From an uncultured Bacteroidales bacterium (GTDB taxonomy: Bacteria > Bacteroidota > Bacteroidia > Bacteroidales > VadinHA17): a stretch of DNA of 64,000 bases. Shown here in pieces: positions 54,745-64,000 of this stretch; the first letter of the stretch is position 1, and every line of letters begins with the position of its first letter. Location: NCBI GenBank assembly GCA_963734885.1, contig CAVTIJ010000004.1:549957-613956 (forward strand), given 5' to 3'. The notes beneath the pieces were generated by a model. That model saw only the letters and a program-made list of their open reading frames with translations, was not told the origin of the DNA and did no database searches. The position numbers and the translations under genes are program-made.

Positions 54745-54957
54745 CTACTTCTTCATTTTGGTAGTGTCTTTTTTTGTTTTGTTCATGTCCTTTGGAGCTG
54801 TTGATTTGGTTGCAGCTTTTGTTGTAGCTGCTCCAGATTTTTTATGTACTACCTTTGTGGTATCAGCTTTTGTTTTTGTTGTTGTTGTTTGTTTCTGCTG
54901 TCCAAAAGATAATACAGATAGGGAAACAACTGCCAGAATTAATAATACTTTTTTCAT
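54745..54957 (-). CDS. small secreted Lys/Thr-rich low-complexity protein (70 aa)
   Basis: Clear signal peptide MKKVLLILAVVSLSVLSFGQ, then a K/T/A-rich tail, with a terminator immediately downstream. I prefer it over the overlapping plus-strand ORF. Confidence 0.45.
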   Translation of the reverse strand: MKKVLLILAVVSLSVLSFGQQKQTTTTKTKADTTKVVHKKSGAATTKAATKSTAPKDMNKTKKDTTKMKK

Positions 54958-55132
54958 TTTTGTTTAATTTTTTTAATGGAATTTCACTTTTATTAAACAA
55001 AATTACAGGCGGATTCTGTTTTAAATCTGAAGTTGAAGATTTTTTTTAAATTTTAGGTAAATAACTTATTTTATACACCAAGAAATAGCTGATTTTTGCT
55101 TTCGATTTATGTTTATTTCATCATAAATTTGT

Positions 55133-56215
55133 ATGATTCAATACTTTGTTTTGAGAAAGATTATACATATCGATATGGATGCCTTTTTTGCATCCGTTGA
55201 ACAACTGGATCATCCAGAACTCAGAGGAAAGCCTGTCGCAGTAGGCGGAAGCGGGGAGAGAAGTGTAGTCGCCGCAGCAAGTTATGAAGCACGGAAATAT
55301 GGTGTCAGATCAGCCATGCCATCTGTAATAGCCAAAAGGTTATGTCCGGAATTAATTTTTGTGAGTCATAATTTCTCACGTTATAATGAGGTTTCAGCTT
55401 CTGTCATTGAAATATACAAGGAATACACCGATCTGATAGAACCATTGTCGATTGATGAGGCTTTTCTCGATGTAACCTGCGATAAACAGGGTATTGGTTC
55501 CGCAACGATCATCGCAAAAAAAATCAGGAGTGAAATACAATTAAAGACCGGACTTACTGCTTCAGCCGGCATATCGGTTAATAAATTCCTTGCCAAAATT
55601 GCATCTGATATTAACAAACCTGACGGACTGTTTGTAATCAGACCTGAAGAAGCTGAAAAATTCATCGAGGGGTTGCCTGTGGAGAAATTTTATGGAATAG
55701 GAAAGGTGACTTCTCAAAAGATGCACAAACTAGGAATTCATTCAGGATCGGATCTTAAGAGATGGGACAGGGTATCGCTCGTCAGAAATTTTGGAAAGGC
55801 TGGTATCTTTTTTTATGATATTGTCAGAGGAATAGATGACCGGCCTGTTGAACCTGATCAGGAACGTAAATCAGTAGGAACTGAAATAACTTATGAAAAA
55901 GATCTCACTACAAGGTTCGAAATTATCGCAGAATTATACCGTCTCGAAAAAGAGCTTATGGAGAGGCTTGAGCATTCAGAGACTACAGGAAGGACAATAA
56001 CCGTAAAAGTGAAATTTTCTGATTTTCATCAGATAACCCGTAGTAAAACTCTTCAGAATTACATACGCAGTTTTGAAACACTGCATAAAGAAGTATCAGG
56101 AATCAGGAAATCGATGCAACTTGAAGGAACAAAGATCCGGTTACTCGGACTGAGCGTTTCAAATATGGAAACAGAAGACTGTGGAGACAGACAACTGTAT
56201 CTGTTTGAAGAGTAA
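55133..56215 (+). CDS. dinB: DNA polymerase IV (Y-family)
   Basis: IIHIDMDAFFASVEQ, SIDEAFLDVT and the little-finger region. Confidence 0.9.
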   Translation: MIQYFVLRKIIHIDMDAFFASVEQLDHPELRGKPVAVGGSGERSVVAAASYEARKYGVRSAMPSVIAKRLCPELIFVSHNFSRYNEVSASVIEIYKEYTDLIEPLSIDEAFLDVTCDKQGIGSATIIAKKIRSEIQLKTGLTASAGISVNKFLAKIASDINKPDGLFVIRPEEAEKFIEGLPVEKFYGIGKVTSQKMHKLGIHSGSDLKRWDRVSLVRNFGKAGIFFYDIVRGIDDRPVEPDQERKSVGTEITYEKDLTTRFEIIAELYRLEKELMERLEHSETTGRTITVKVKFSDFHQITRSKTLQNYIRSFETLHKEVSGIRKSMQLEGTKIRLLGLSVSNMETEDCGDRQLYLFEE

Positions 56216-56219
56216 AAAC

Positions 56220-57131
56220 TCAGAACAATCCCTCCAACGATAAATATCTTTCTCCTGTATCGTAGCAGAATGTAAGGATTCTGGATCCTTCCGGAAAATC
56301 CTTAAGTTTCTGATTAACAGCTGCCAACGCTGCTCCTGAAGAAATCCCCACAAATAATCCTTCTTCTTTTGCTGCCCTTTTAGTGAAGATAAATGCTTCA
56401 TCTTTGCTCACCTTGATTACCCCGTCAAGCAGAGATGTGTTTAATATGGAAGGAATGAATCCTGCTCCCAGACCCTGCAATGGATGCGGACCGGGAGCCC
56501 CTCCACTCAATACTGCAGATGCTTCAGGCTCGACAGCAAATACTTTCAGATTCGGAAAGGATTTTTTTAATACCTCGGCACATCCGGTAATATGTCCACC
56601 CGTTCCGACTCCCGTAATCAGGTAATCAAGACCGTCGGGAAAGTCTTTAAGAATTTCCTGAGCCGTAGTATTCCTGTGGACTTCTGTATTAGCCGGATTG
56701 TCGAATTGCATTGGCATCCACGATCCCGGAGTCTTTTCTATGAGTTCCCTCGATCGGGCAATTGCTCCGTTCATTCCTTTTTCACGTGGAGTAAGTTCAA
56801 ATTCAGCGCCATAAGCGCTCATTATTTTTCTTCTTTCCACTGACATTGATTCGGGCATGACAAGTATGAGCCTGTACCCTTTTACCGCTGCAACGATTGC
56901 TAGTCCAATGCCGGTATTCCCTGATGTAGGTTCAATAATAACGCTGCCGGGTTTTAATATTCCCTTTTTTTCTGCATCCTCAACCATTGACAATGCAATC
57001 CGGTCTTTTATGCTTGCACCTGGATTCGACCTTTCCATTTTAACCCATACAGAATATTTTTTATCAAATAGTCTGTTCAGTTTCAAATGCGGAGTGTCGC
57101 CTATCGATTCGAGTATTGAATTTATTTTCAT
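56220..57131 (-). CDS. cysK: cysteine synthase A (O-acetylserine sulfhydrylase)
   Basis: PLP-Lys region NPGASIKDR, the [12 protein letters not shown] loop and [10 protein letters not shown]. Confidence 0.9.
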   Translation of the reverse strand: MKINSILESIGDTPHLKLNRLFDKKYSVWVKMERSNPGASIKDRIALSMVEDAEKKGILKPGSVIIEPTSGNTGIGLAIVAAVKGYRLILVMPESMSVERRKIMSAYGAEFELTPREKGMNGAIARSRELIEKTPGSWMPMQFDNPANTEVHRNTTAQEILKDFPDGLDYLITGVGTGGHITGCAEVLKKSFPNLKVFAVEPEASAVLSGGAPGPHPLQGLGAGFIPSILNTSLLDGVIKVSKDEAFIFTKRAAKEEGLFVGISSGAALAAVNQKLKDFPEGSRILTFCYDTGERYLSLEGLF

Positions 57132-57156
57132 AATTAAAGTTTTTTTAAGTGTTAAA

Positions 57157-57930
57157 TCAGATAATAAAGTTCACTGGTTCTTTATATGTATCCTGTGTCC
57201 TCACAATTATTTCACTTTTATGATAGACCACTGAAAAAGGAGCAATACTTTCAGTCAGCCAGACATTCCCTCCGATAATACTGTTTCGACCAACGATAGT
57301 TTGTCCTCCCAGAATAGTACATCCTGAATATAAAACAACGTTGTCTTCGATTGTGGGATGTCTCTTTTTTGATGCCTTGTTCTTGCTGACACTCAGAGCG
57401 CCCAGCGTTACTCCCTGATACATTTTAACGCTATTTCCTATTTTTGCTGTTTCGCCTATGACAATCCCGGTACCGTGATCGATAGCGAACGGACTACCGA
57501 TATCAGCCAGCGGATGGATATCTATTCCTGTGGTCCTGTGGGCAAATTCGGTGATCATCCTGGGAAATAATGGAACATCTAAATGAGCAATAAAACTGGC
57601 AATACGATAACAGAAAATTGCAAAGAACCCCGGATATATTGCAATAACCTCAATAAGCTGTGTGGCTGCAGGATCAGAGGCTAGAATAAAGCGCGCGTCC
57701 TTTAGCAATCCTTTTTTTATTTTATCTAGATTATCAAAGAATATTCTTGTAATCTCTTCATTTTTTTCAGTAAGTCCGGAAAGTATACCGCTGATCTGTT
57801 TTTCCAGATCATTTTTGTTGCTTTCAATTTCCGCTTCCGTAAATGAATGAGTCGTGGGGAAAAGGAGCTCAAAAACAGATTTGATAGCCTTTTCAACTAT
57901 TTTTTGATTAGGGATAGTGTATTCTGACAT
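57157..57930 (-). CDS. cysE: serine O-acetyltransferase
   Basis: Hexapeptide-repeat core [29 protein letters not shown]. It lies immediately upstream of cysK. Confidence 0.85.
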   Translation of the reverse strand: MSEYTIPNQKIVEKAIKSVFELLFPTTHSFTEAEIESNKNDLEKQISGILSGLTEKNEEITRIFFDNLDKIKKGLLKDARFILASDPAATQLIEVIAIYPGFFAIFCYRIASFIAHLDVPLFPRMITEFAHRTTGIDIHPLADIGSPFAIDHGTGIVIGETAKIGNSVKMYQGVTLGALSVSKNKASKKRHPTIEDNVVLYSGCTILGGQTIVGRNSIIGGNVWLTESIAPFSVVYHKSEIIVRTQDTYKEPVNFII

Positions 57931-58231
57931 CGGGAAAATATTAATTTAAAATGTATAACATATAATCAGGAAAAGGGTTGTGAGTTAATTACTTGAATCA
58001 CATCCTTTGTTTAGAACCGATGGAAGATTAACGGTTTAAAGGTTGCAACACGACCAATAACAAGGGAAATTGTTACCTGTTAGAAAATTGAAGAGTGATG
58101 AATGTTGCATGATTCAATTGTTTCATCAAATTGCAAATGCAATTTACAAAATATCTTATTATTATCAATTCTGCTACTAACAACTGACTTACTGAAAATG
58201 TTTTCTGGAGTTTTGTCCTGGGCAAAATGTG

Positions 58232-59149
58232 TTAACCGATAGCGTTGATATTATAAGGCGTTTTTTGATAAACATAATAATTCAACCAGTTCACAAACAG
58301 CATATTAGCCTGGGAACGCCATCTTACAACCGGTGGATTTTCAGGATTATCATCAAGATAATAATTTTTGGGCATTTCGATTGGCAGATTTTTTGCCAGA
58401 TCCCTTTTATATTCTATATCGAGTGTCTCGGGAGAATACTCAGAGTGTCCCGTCAGGAAAAATTCACGACCATTTCGTGATGCGACCATATATACTCCTG
58501 ATTCTTCTGATTCAGAAAGAATTGACAGTTCAGGAACTTTCAGGATATCCTCCCTCTTAATTTCAGTATGACGACTATGAGGAACATAAAAAATATCATC
58601 AAATCCTCTCAGAATGGGATTTGTTGCATCAGCTTTTGAATGCTTAAAAACACCGAACATTTTTTTATCGAGCGGATATTTTGGGATGCGATAATAATGA
58701 TAAAGAGCAGCTTGTGCACCCCAGCAGATAAAAATTGAAGAAGTGACATTGCTTTTTGCCCAGTCTAAAATCTCAGTTAGTTCCTTCCAGTAAGCTACCT
58801 CCTCGAATGGCATTTGTTCAACGGGAGCCCCCGTTATTATGAGGCCATCATATTTGTTATGAATTATAAGATTAAAATCTTTGTAGAACGCCATCATGTG
58901 TTCTTTTGGGGTGTTTTTCGAAACATGAGTGCTCAGGCTTATAAAATCGAGTTCAATCTGCAAAGGAGAGTTTGACAGCAATCTGACAAGGTCAATTTCA
59001 GTAGTGATTTTTATTGGCATCAGATTCAGCACTGCTATCTTCAGAGGCCGGATATCCTGGTGTGAAGCACGTGATGTATCCATCACAAAAATATTTTCTT
59101 TTTGCAGGAATTCTATTGCAGGCAGCTTATCAGGAATATTGAGTGGCAT
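58232..59149 (-). CDS. metA: homoserine O-acyltransferase (MetA family)
   Basis: The N-terminus [23 protein letters not shown] and [10 protein letters not shown] are typical of MetA. Active-site region ICWGAQAAL. Confidence 0.9.
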   Translation of the reverse strand: MPLNIPDKLPAIEFLQKENIFVMDTSRASHQDIRPLKIAVLNLMPIKITTEIDLVRLLSNSPLQIELDFISLSTHVSKNTPKEHMMAFYKDFNLIIHNKYDGLIITGAPVEQMPFEEVAYWKELTEILDWAKSNVTSSIFICWGAQAALYHYYRIPKYPLDKKMFGVFKHSKADATNPILRGFDDIFYVPHSRHTEIKREDILKVPELSILSESEESGVYMVASRNGREFFLTGHSEYSPETLDIEYKRDLAKNLPIEMPKNYYLDDNPENPPVVRWRSQANMLFVNWLNYYVYQKTPYNINAIG

Positions 59150-59304
59150 AGATGAAAGTTCAGTTTGTTGAAATACTTTTTAAAGATACTGTAAAACTTG
59201 TTTTTTATATCTGTTTGAAACAAAATACACATGATTAGCATTAAATTTGTATCAAACTCAGTTAAAGTCCGGCAGATTAACACATATGTATTCGGTTTGT
59301 TTAC

Positions 59305-61824
59305 TCATTGAAGTTTCACACCCCTTAAACGCAACGAATTAGTTATTACTGATACTGAACTGAAGCTCATTGCCAATGCGGCGATCATTGGCGAAAGTAA
59401 TATGCCGAAGAAAGGGTAGAGTATTCCAGCTGCAATTGGAATTCCAATTGTATTGTAAGCCAACGCAAAAAACAGATTCTCTTTTATGTTCTTCATTACT
59501 TTCTGACTTAATGATCGTGCTTTTGCAATCCCATTCAGATCTCCTTTTACAAGAGTTATTCCGGCGCTTTCGATGGCCACGTCGCTTCCGGTACCCATAG
59601 CGATACCAATATCTGCCTGTGCTAAAGCCGGAGCATCATTGATTCCGTCGCCGGCCATTGCTACTTTATTACCTTTCTTCTGGAGCTTTTTTATTTCGTC
59701 CAGTTTATCACCGGGAAGCATATGAGCCCTATATCCGTCGAGTTTTAATGCATCACTGACAGCCCGGGCGGTTTCTTCATTATCTCCCGTGAACATGATC
59801 ACCTTTATACCTTCTTTTTGAAGTTTATGAATTGCTTCTTTGCTCGATTCTTTAATTTTATCGGAAATAACAACGAAGCCGATTGCATTACTTTCTTCAG
59901 AGAGATAGGAGACTGTTTTGCCCAGTTTCTGTTCTGCATTAGCCTGCAATCTCAATCCATCCGGAATAACTATTTTGGCGTTCTCCATAAGCCTTTCGTT
60001 GCCAAGTGCAATTTTCCTGTCATTCAGCACCCCTGTAACTCCTTCACCTGTGATAGCTTCAAAATCAGAAACAGGAAGCACTTCAATGTTCCTGCTTTCG
60101 CCATAACGCATAGTAGCTAAAGCCAAAGGATGTTCACTGCTGCTATTGAGAGAGATAATTTTCTGAAGCACATTTTCTTCTGAATCAGTTTTGATACATA
60201 CTACTTTTTCCACGGAAGGTTTTCCCTCAGTCACAGTTCCTGTTTTATCAATTATAACTACATCAACTGTATTCATTTTTTCGAGAGACTCGGCATTCCG
60301 GATCAGAATGCCCGACTGAGCTCCTTTTCCCACGCCTACCATAACAGACATTGGCGTAGCCAGACCAAGAGCACATGGACACGCGATTATTAGTACGGCT
60401 ATGGCATTAACGAGCGCATAAATATATGCATGCTCACCACCGGAAAATGCCCACACCAGGAAAGTAACTACTGAAATGCCCACAACTACAGGTACGAAAT
60501 ACCCCGAGATCTTATCCGCCAGATTCTGAATGGGCGCTCTTGAGCGACTCGCTGAATTTACCATTTCGATGATATGAGAAAGCAACGTTTCCGAACCTAC
60601 TTTTTCAGCAACCATCACAAAAGTTTTATTCCCGTTGATTGTTCCGGAACTTACCTTATCTCCAGCCTTTTTGTCGACCGGTATGGGTTCACCGGAGATC
60701 ATCGATTCATCAACCGTGGATTCTCCTGACTGAATGCTCCCGTCTACGGGAATTTTCTCACCAGGTTTAACCCGTAAGATATCTCCTTTCTGAATAGATT
60801 CGATGGCGACTATTTGTTCCTTTCCATTAATTATTCTTGTTGCCTTATTTGGAGCAAGTTTTAGCAATGCTTTAATTGCGCTGTTTGTTTTACCGTGCGC
60901 CCTTGCTTCCAAAAGCTGACCAAGTAAAACAAGAGTAAGGATGACTGTGGTAGCCTCAAAATAAACATACACTGTACCCGCATGAGATTTGAACTGATCA
61001 GGGAAGACACCGGGAATTAGCAGCGCAGTAACACTGAACAGCCACGCCACGCCCGAACCAATTCCGATAAGAGTAAACATATTCAGATTCCAGGTTTTAA
61101 CTGAACGCCAGGCCCGTTCAAAAAACATCCAGGCGGCATAAAATACCACAGGAATTGACAGGATCAATTGCACCCAGTTCCAGTATTTCCAGGGCATAAT
61201 TTTCATAAGAGGATTATTGTGTATCATTTCTGACATGGCTATCAGAAAAACCGGGAGAGTGAATAACACAGAAATCTTAAATTTCCGCAACAGATTCTTA
61301 TATGTTTTATCTTCCTCCTCTACATCCGCTTCAAGCGGCACCAGATCCATTCCGCATATCGGACATGAGCCTGGTTCATCTTTAATGACTTCAGGATGCA
61401 TTGGACAGGTATATTGAACTTTTTTATTGACAGAAGGCTGTTCAACCAGGTCCATACCACAAACAGGACAATTGCCAGGTTTGTCATAAGTTTTTTCTCC
61501 TTCGCAATGCATTGGACAGTAGTAAACGCCAGAGCCCTTACCGGATGTTTTTAATTTGGTCCTTTCCTCCTGCCACTTTTTTGCAAATGCTTTATCTCCC
61601 TGAAGTGAAATGCTGTAACCATCTTTTTCCAGTACTTCCTGAAATGTCTCCAATGGAATATGCGAATCCATCTGAATGACAGCTTCTGCCTTTGGCAAGT
61701 CGACTGAAACAACAGTCACACCATCAACTTTCTTAAGTGCCTCCTCAACGTGAGTCCTGCAATTTTTGCAGCTCATTCCATAAACTGAATACGTATTCGT
61801 CATTTTTAATTTTTTATAATGCAA
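59305..61824 (-). CDS. copA: Cu(I)/Ag(I)-translocating P1B-type ATPase
   Basis: HMA motif GMSCKNC; two CPMH...PGxCPxCGMDL metal-binding modules; TM6 CPC ([12 protein letters not shown]); DKTGT; GDGINDAP. An alternative ATG exists at 61803. Confidence 0.9.
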   Translation of the reverse strand: MHYKKLKMTNTYSVYGMSCKNCRTHVEEALKKVDGVTVVSVDLPKAEAVIQMDSHIPLETFQEVLEKDGYSISLQGDKAFAKKWQEERTKLKTSGKGSGVYYCPMHCEGEKTYDKPGNCPVCGMDLVEQPSVNKKVQYTCPMHPEVIKDEPGSCPICGMDLVPLEADVEEEDKTYKNLLRKFKISVLFTLPVFLIAMSEMIHNNPLMKIMPWKYWNWVQLILSIPVVFYAAWMFFERAWRSVKTWNLNMFTLIGIGSGVAWLFSVTALLIPGVFPDQFKSHAGTVYVYFEATTVILTLVLLGQLLEARAHGKTNSAIKALLKLAPNKATRIINGKEQIVAIESIQKGDILRVKPGEKIPVDGSIQSGESTVDESMISGEPIPVDKKAGDKVSSGTINGNKTFVMVAEKVGSETLLSHIIEMVNSASRSRAPIQNLADKISGYFVPVVVGISVVTFLVWAFSGGEHAYIYALVNAIAVLIIACPCALGLATPMSVMVGVGKGAQSGILIRNAESLEKMNTVDVVIIDKTGTVTEGKPSVEKVVCIKTDSEENVLQKIISLNSSSEHPLALATMRYGESRNIEVLPVSDFEAITGEGVTGVLNDRKIALGNERLMENAKIVIPDGLRLQANAEQKLGKTVSYLSEESNAIGFVVISDKIKESSKEAIHKLQKEGIKVIMFTGDNEETARAVSDALKLDGYRAHMLPGDKLDEIKKLQKKGNKVAMAGDGINDAPALAQADIGIAMGTGSDVAIESAGITLVKGDLNGIAKARSLSQKVMKNIKENLFFALAYNTIGIPIAAGILYPFFGILLSPMIAALAMSFSSVSVITNSLRLRGVKLQ

Positions 61825-61835
61825 AATTCTATAAC

Positions 61836-63155
61836 TTATTTCATTTCACCCGACATATCCATTCTTTTCATAGTTGAATCCTTTCCGTGGCTATCACCTG
61901 GCATATTCATCCCCGGCATTGATGAAACCTTTCCGCCTTCAGGATTCATCATACTTGGCTTACCTTCAAGTTGGGCAGCTGCATCAACACTGAATGTTCC
62001 GTTTGTAACGACCTCTTCACCTTCAGAAAGACCATTTATGATCACATAACTTTCACCGAGCATTGGTCCTAATTCAACTTCACGAAGCTTAAAGACCGGT
62101 TCTTCCGAACCGGGTACTCTAATGTAAACAATTGAACGTTTGCCTGTCCATAAAACTGCAGATTTTGGTATGATAACGTTATTGCGATATTCGCCCAGCT
62201 TTGAAGTAACTATACCGGTGGCAAACATTTCGGGTTTAAGGTTGCCTGAACGGTTTTCGGTCTCGACTCTGACCTTTGCAACCCTTGTAACCGGGTCAAT
62301 TACCGGGTCGATGAAAATGATATTGCCCGAAAAAGTCTTGCCTGGCAGAGCCTGAAGAGTAAATTTAAGCCCTTCACCAACATTCAAAAACTGCAGATCA
62401 CTTTCATATGCATCGAACATCACCCATACCTTCGACAAATCTGCAATATCCAGAAGAACAGTACCTTGTGATACATGATCACCGGTGCTAACCCTTTTGG
62501 CAGTCACAGTGCCTGTTGTATTTGACAAAACTTCAAAATTATTCTGAACAATGCCTGAGCTTTCAATTTTTGCAATCTGGTCATTTGTAAGTTTCCATTG
62601 AAGAAGTTTTTCTTTTGAAGCTTCATAGAGCTCGGGTTGAGATTGTTTAGTTTTTGCTGTCTCAAGCAGTTCCTGTTGTGCCTCTACAAGTTCAGGTGAA
62701 TATATATCCGCCAGCTTCTGGCCTTTGATAACTGATTCGCCAATAAAATTAATGTACAATTTTTCAATCCGCCCGTCGACATGGGCCGTCTGAGTCTGGA
62801 ATAAGCTTTCATCGGCCTGAACCTTACCATAAAGTCGTACTTCTTTTTCGGGATTGCCTATCATAACGACAGATGTTTCCACATTGGCAAGCTCAGCTGC
62901 ATCTTTGCTCAAATGAATAGCTGATGAATCAATTTGACCAGTGTCCTGAGTTCCCAATGGTACTAAATCCATACCACAAATTGGACATTTCCCGGGTTTA
63001 TCCATTCTTATCTGTGGGTGCATCGCACACGTCCAGATAGTAGTTTTCGCAACTTCAGTTGTTTTTTCAACGGTTTTCCCGCCGGAATGAAATAACAGCC
63101 AGCCTAAGAATAGTCCGGTGAGTAAGGTTATACTAATGATGATTTTTTGTCGCAT
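61836..63155 (-). CDS. RND-type periplasmic adaptor (CusB-like) with N-terminal CxMHP...CPICGMDL metal-binding module and Met-rich tail
   Basis: [24 protein letters not shown], an HlyD-type core, and a C-terminal [29 protein letters not shown]. Confidence 0.85.
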   Translation of the reverse strand: MRQKIIISITLLTGLFLGWLLFHSGGKTVEKTTEVAKTTIWTCAMHPQIRMDKPGKCPICGMDLVPLGTQDTGQIDSSAIHLSKDAAELANVETSVVMIGNPEKEVRLYGKVQADESLFQTQTAHVDGRIEKLYINFIGESVIKGQKLADIYSPELVEAQQELLETAKTKQSQPELYEASKEKLLQWKLTNDQIAKIESSGIVQNNFEVLSNTTGTVTAKRVSTGDHVSQGTVLLDIADLSKVWVMFDAYESDLQFLNVGEGLKFTLQALPGKTFSGNIIFIDPVIDPVTRVAKVRVETENRSGNLKPEMFATGIVTSKLGEYRNNVIIPKSAVLWTGKRSIVYIRVPGSEEPVFKLREVELGPMLGESYVIINGLSEGEEVVTNGTFSVDAAAQLEGKPSMMNPEGGKVSSMPGMNMPGDSHGKDSTMKRMDMSGEMK

Positions 63156-63164
63156 GATTTTTAT

Positions 63165-64000
63165 CTATTCATTTCCATTTTTCAAATTTCCGAGTCTTTT
63201 AAGCCAGGCAATAGCAGTATTGAAGTCTGCCGAAGCTTCCACTTTTTTCAATTCATAATCGAGTGTCTGCTGTCTTGCTCGCAGGACATCAGTTAATTCT
63301 GATGAAGAAGTTGAGAAATCTTTTAAAATGAGATCAAAAGATTTTGACGCAAGCTGATACTGACTGTCATATAGCTTTATTCTGCGTTGTGCATCATTAT
63401 ACAACGTAACAGCCTGGTAGTATTCTGTTTGCAATAAGTTGGCAGTAGCCTGATAGTTTTCTGAAGATGCTTGCTTCATAAATTCAGCTTCACTCCTCAT
63501 TGCATTATATTTTTTCCGGTAGACAGGTAATGTCAGGACAACCATTGGCATTATCATATCTTTCCCGTTCATTGAAGGATAGCCCATTGGTATTGGAGTT
63601 ATCCCGATTATAGAATAATTTACTCCGATACCAACCATGGGATATCCCATGCGTGTGACCATTTTTTCCCTGGCTTCCTGTGATTGCTTCTCATAGTCGA
63701 TCATAGTTAACATCGGGTTATGTGCAAGGGTACTGTCAGAAACCGTAGAAAGTGATAAATGAAGAGAATCCATAATAATATTATCTCCGGTATATACAGG
63801 AGATAAAACCGGCCTGTTCAGATATGAATTGAACTGTGCAACAACTGATTGTTGCTGATTTCTTAATAATTCTATATTGTTTTCCAGATCACCTGTTTCT
63901 ATCTGAATCCTGTATATATCAGCCAATCCTGAAGTACCTTGGGTTCTGTTCATATTAGATTCACCCGGCGGATTAGTATTTGGGTTGGATGAAGTGGCTG
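63165..64000 (-). CDS. TolC/CusC-like outer-membrane-factor domain, 5' part outside window (may be the C-terminus of another pump-OMF fusion)
   Basis: The frame stays open from 63953 to the window end. The sequence has TolC second-repeat character (coiled-coil heptads, ...AIAWLKRLGN). Confidence 0.7.
   Translation of the reverse strand, partial: ATSSNPNTNPPGESNMNRTQGTSGLADIYRIQIETGDLENNIELLRNQQQSVVAQFNSYLNRPVLSPVYTGDNIIMDSLHLSLSTVSDSTLAHNPMLTMIDYEKQSQEAREKMVTRMGYPMVGIGVNYSIIGITPIPMGYPSMNGKDMIMPMVVLTLPVYRKKYNAMRSEAEFMKQASSENYQATANLLQTEYYQAVTLYNDAQRRIKLYDSQYQLASKSFDLILKDFSTSSSELTDVLRARQQTLDYELKKVEASADFNTAIAWLKRLGNLKNGNE

Noticed and set aside
54665-54967. A plus-strand 100-aa ORF overlapping the small Lys/Thr-rich gene.
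   Set aside because: Its translation is a Phe/Val-rich mirror of the low-complexity minus-strand gene. It starts inside the terminator hairpin and has no signal or motif. The minus-strand ORF has a proper signal peptide and a downstream terminator.
57931-59304. A possible SAM or other riboswitch upstream of cysE or metA.
   Set aside because: I could not find the conserved helices or core nucleotides of any riboswitch class I know. The regions are AT-rich with only short hairpins. An Rfam/Infernal scan would be decisive.

Overview
A 64-kb, AT-rich, densely packed chromosomal segment whose gene content looks like an anaerobic Bacteroidota-type genome; the taxon is an inference. The supporting signs are the absence of Shine-Dalgarno sites, TAnnTTTG-like -7 boxes, lipoprotein signals and Bacteroidota-typical domain fusions. 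By eye I found no rRNA, tRNA, CRISPR array, transposase, integrase or phage genes. In order, the window holds: a partial M1 peptidase and a membrane protein; small DUF3795-like and DUF3788-like genes; a PAP2 phosphatase; a translationally coupled five-gene heterodisulfide-reductase-like (Hdr) operon ending in a membrane-anchored HdrD/DsrK-like protein; a lipoprotein; single-chain purL, interrupted by a frameshift; an RND multidrug efflux operon (adaptor, pump, TolC); an M3 dipeptidase; a beta-propeller/phosphoesterase fusion; DUF3127; two PPIases; mnmD; a TAT-exported sugar-phosphate isomerase; a heavy-metal RND operon whose CzcA pump is fused in frame to a TolC-like domain; a HAD hydrolase; three large PAS sensor kinases, two of them interrupted by frameshifts; transketolase; a LytTR/LytS-type two-component pair; a second HAD hydrolase; a trimeric HydC-HydB-HydA [FeFe]-hydrogenase operon; an SNF2 helicase; a small Lys/Thr-rich secreted protein; dinB; cysK-cysE; metA; and a copper module (TolC-like, adaptor, CopA P-type ATPase) that runs off the window end. 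The points most worth a second look are the Hdr-like operon of unknown substrate, the three frameshifted genes, a set of intergenic word-stutter palindromic repeats (CACAAAGG and ATCTGCG families), the CzcA::TolC fusion, and a non-canonical H-cluster L1 motif (TSCSPGW) in HydA. All family assignments come from motifs read by eye and recalled family signatures. No database search was run.
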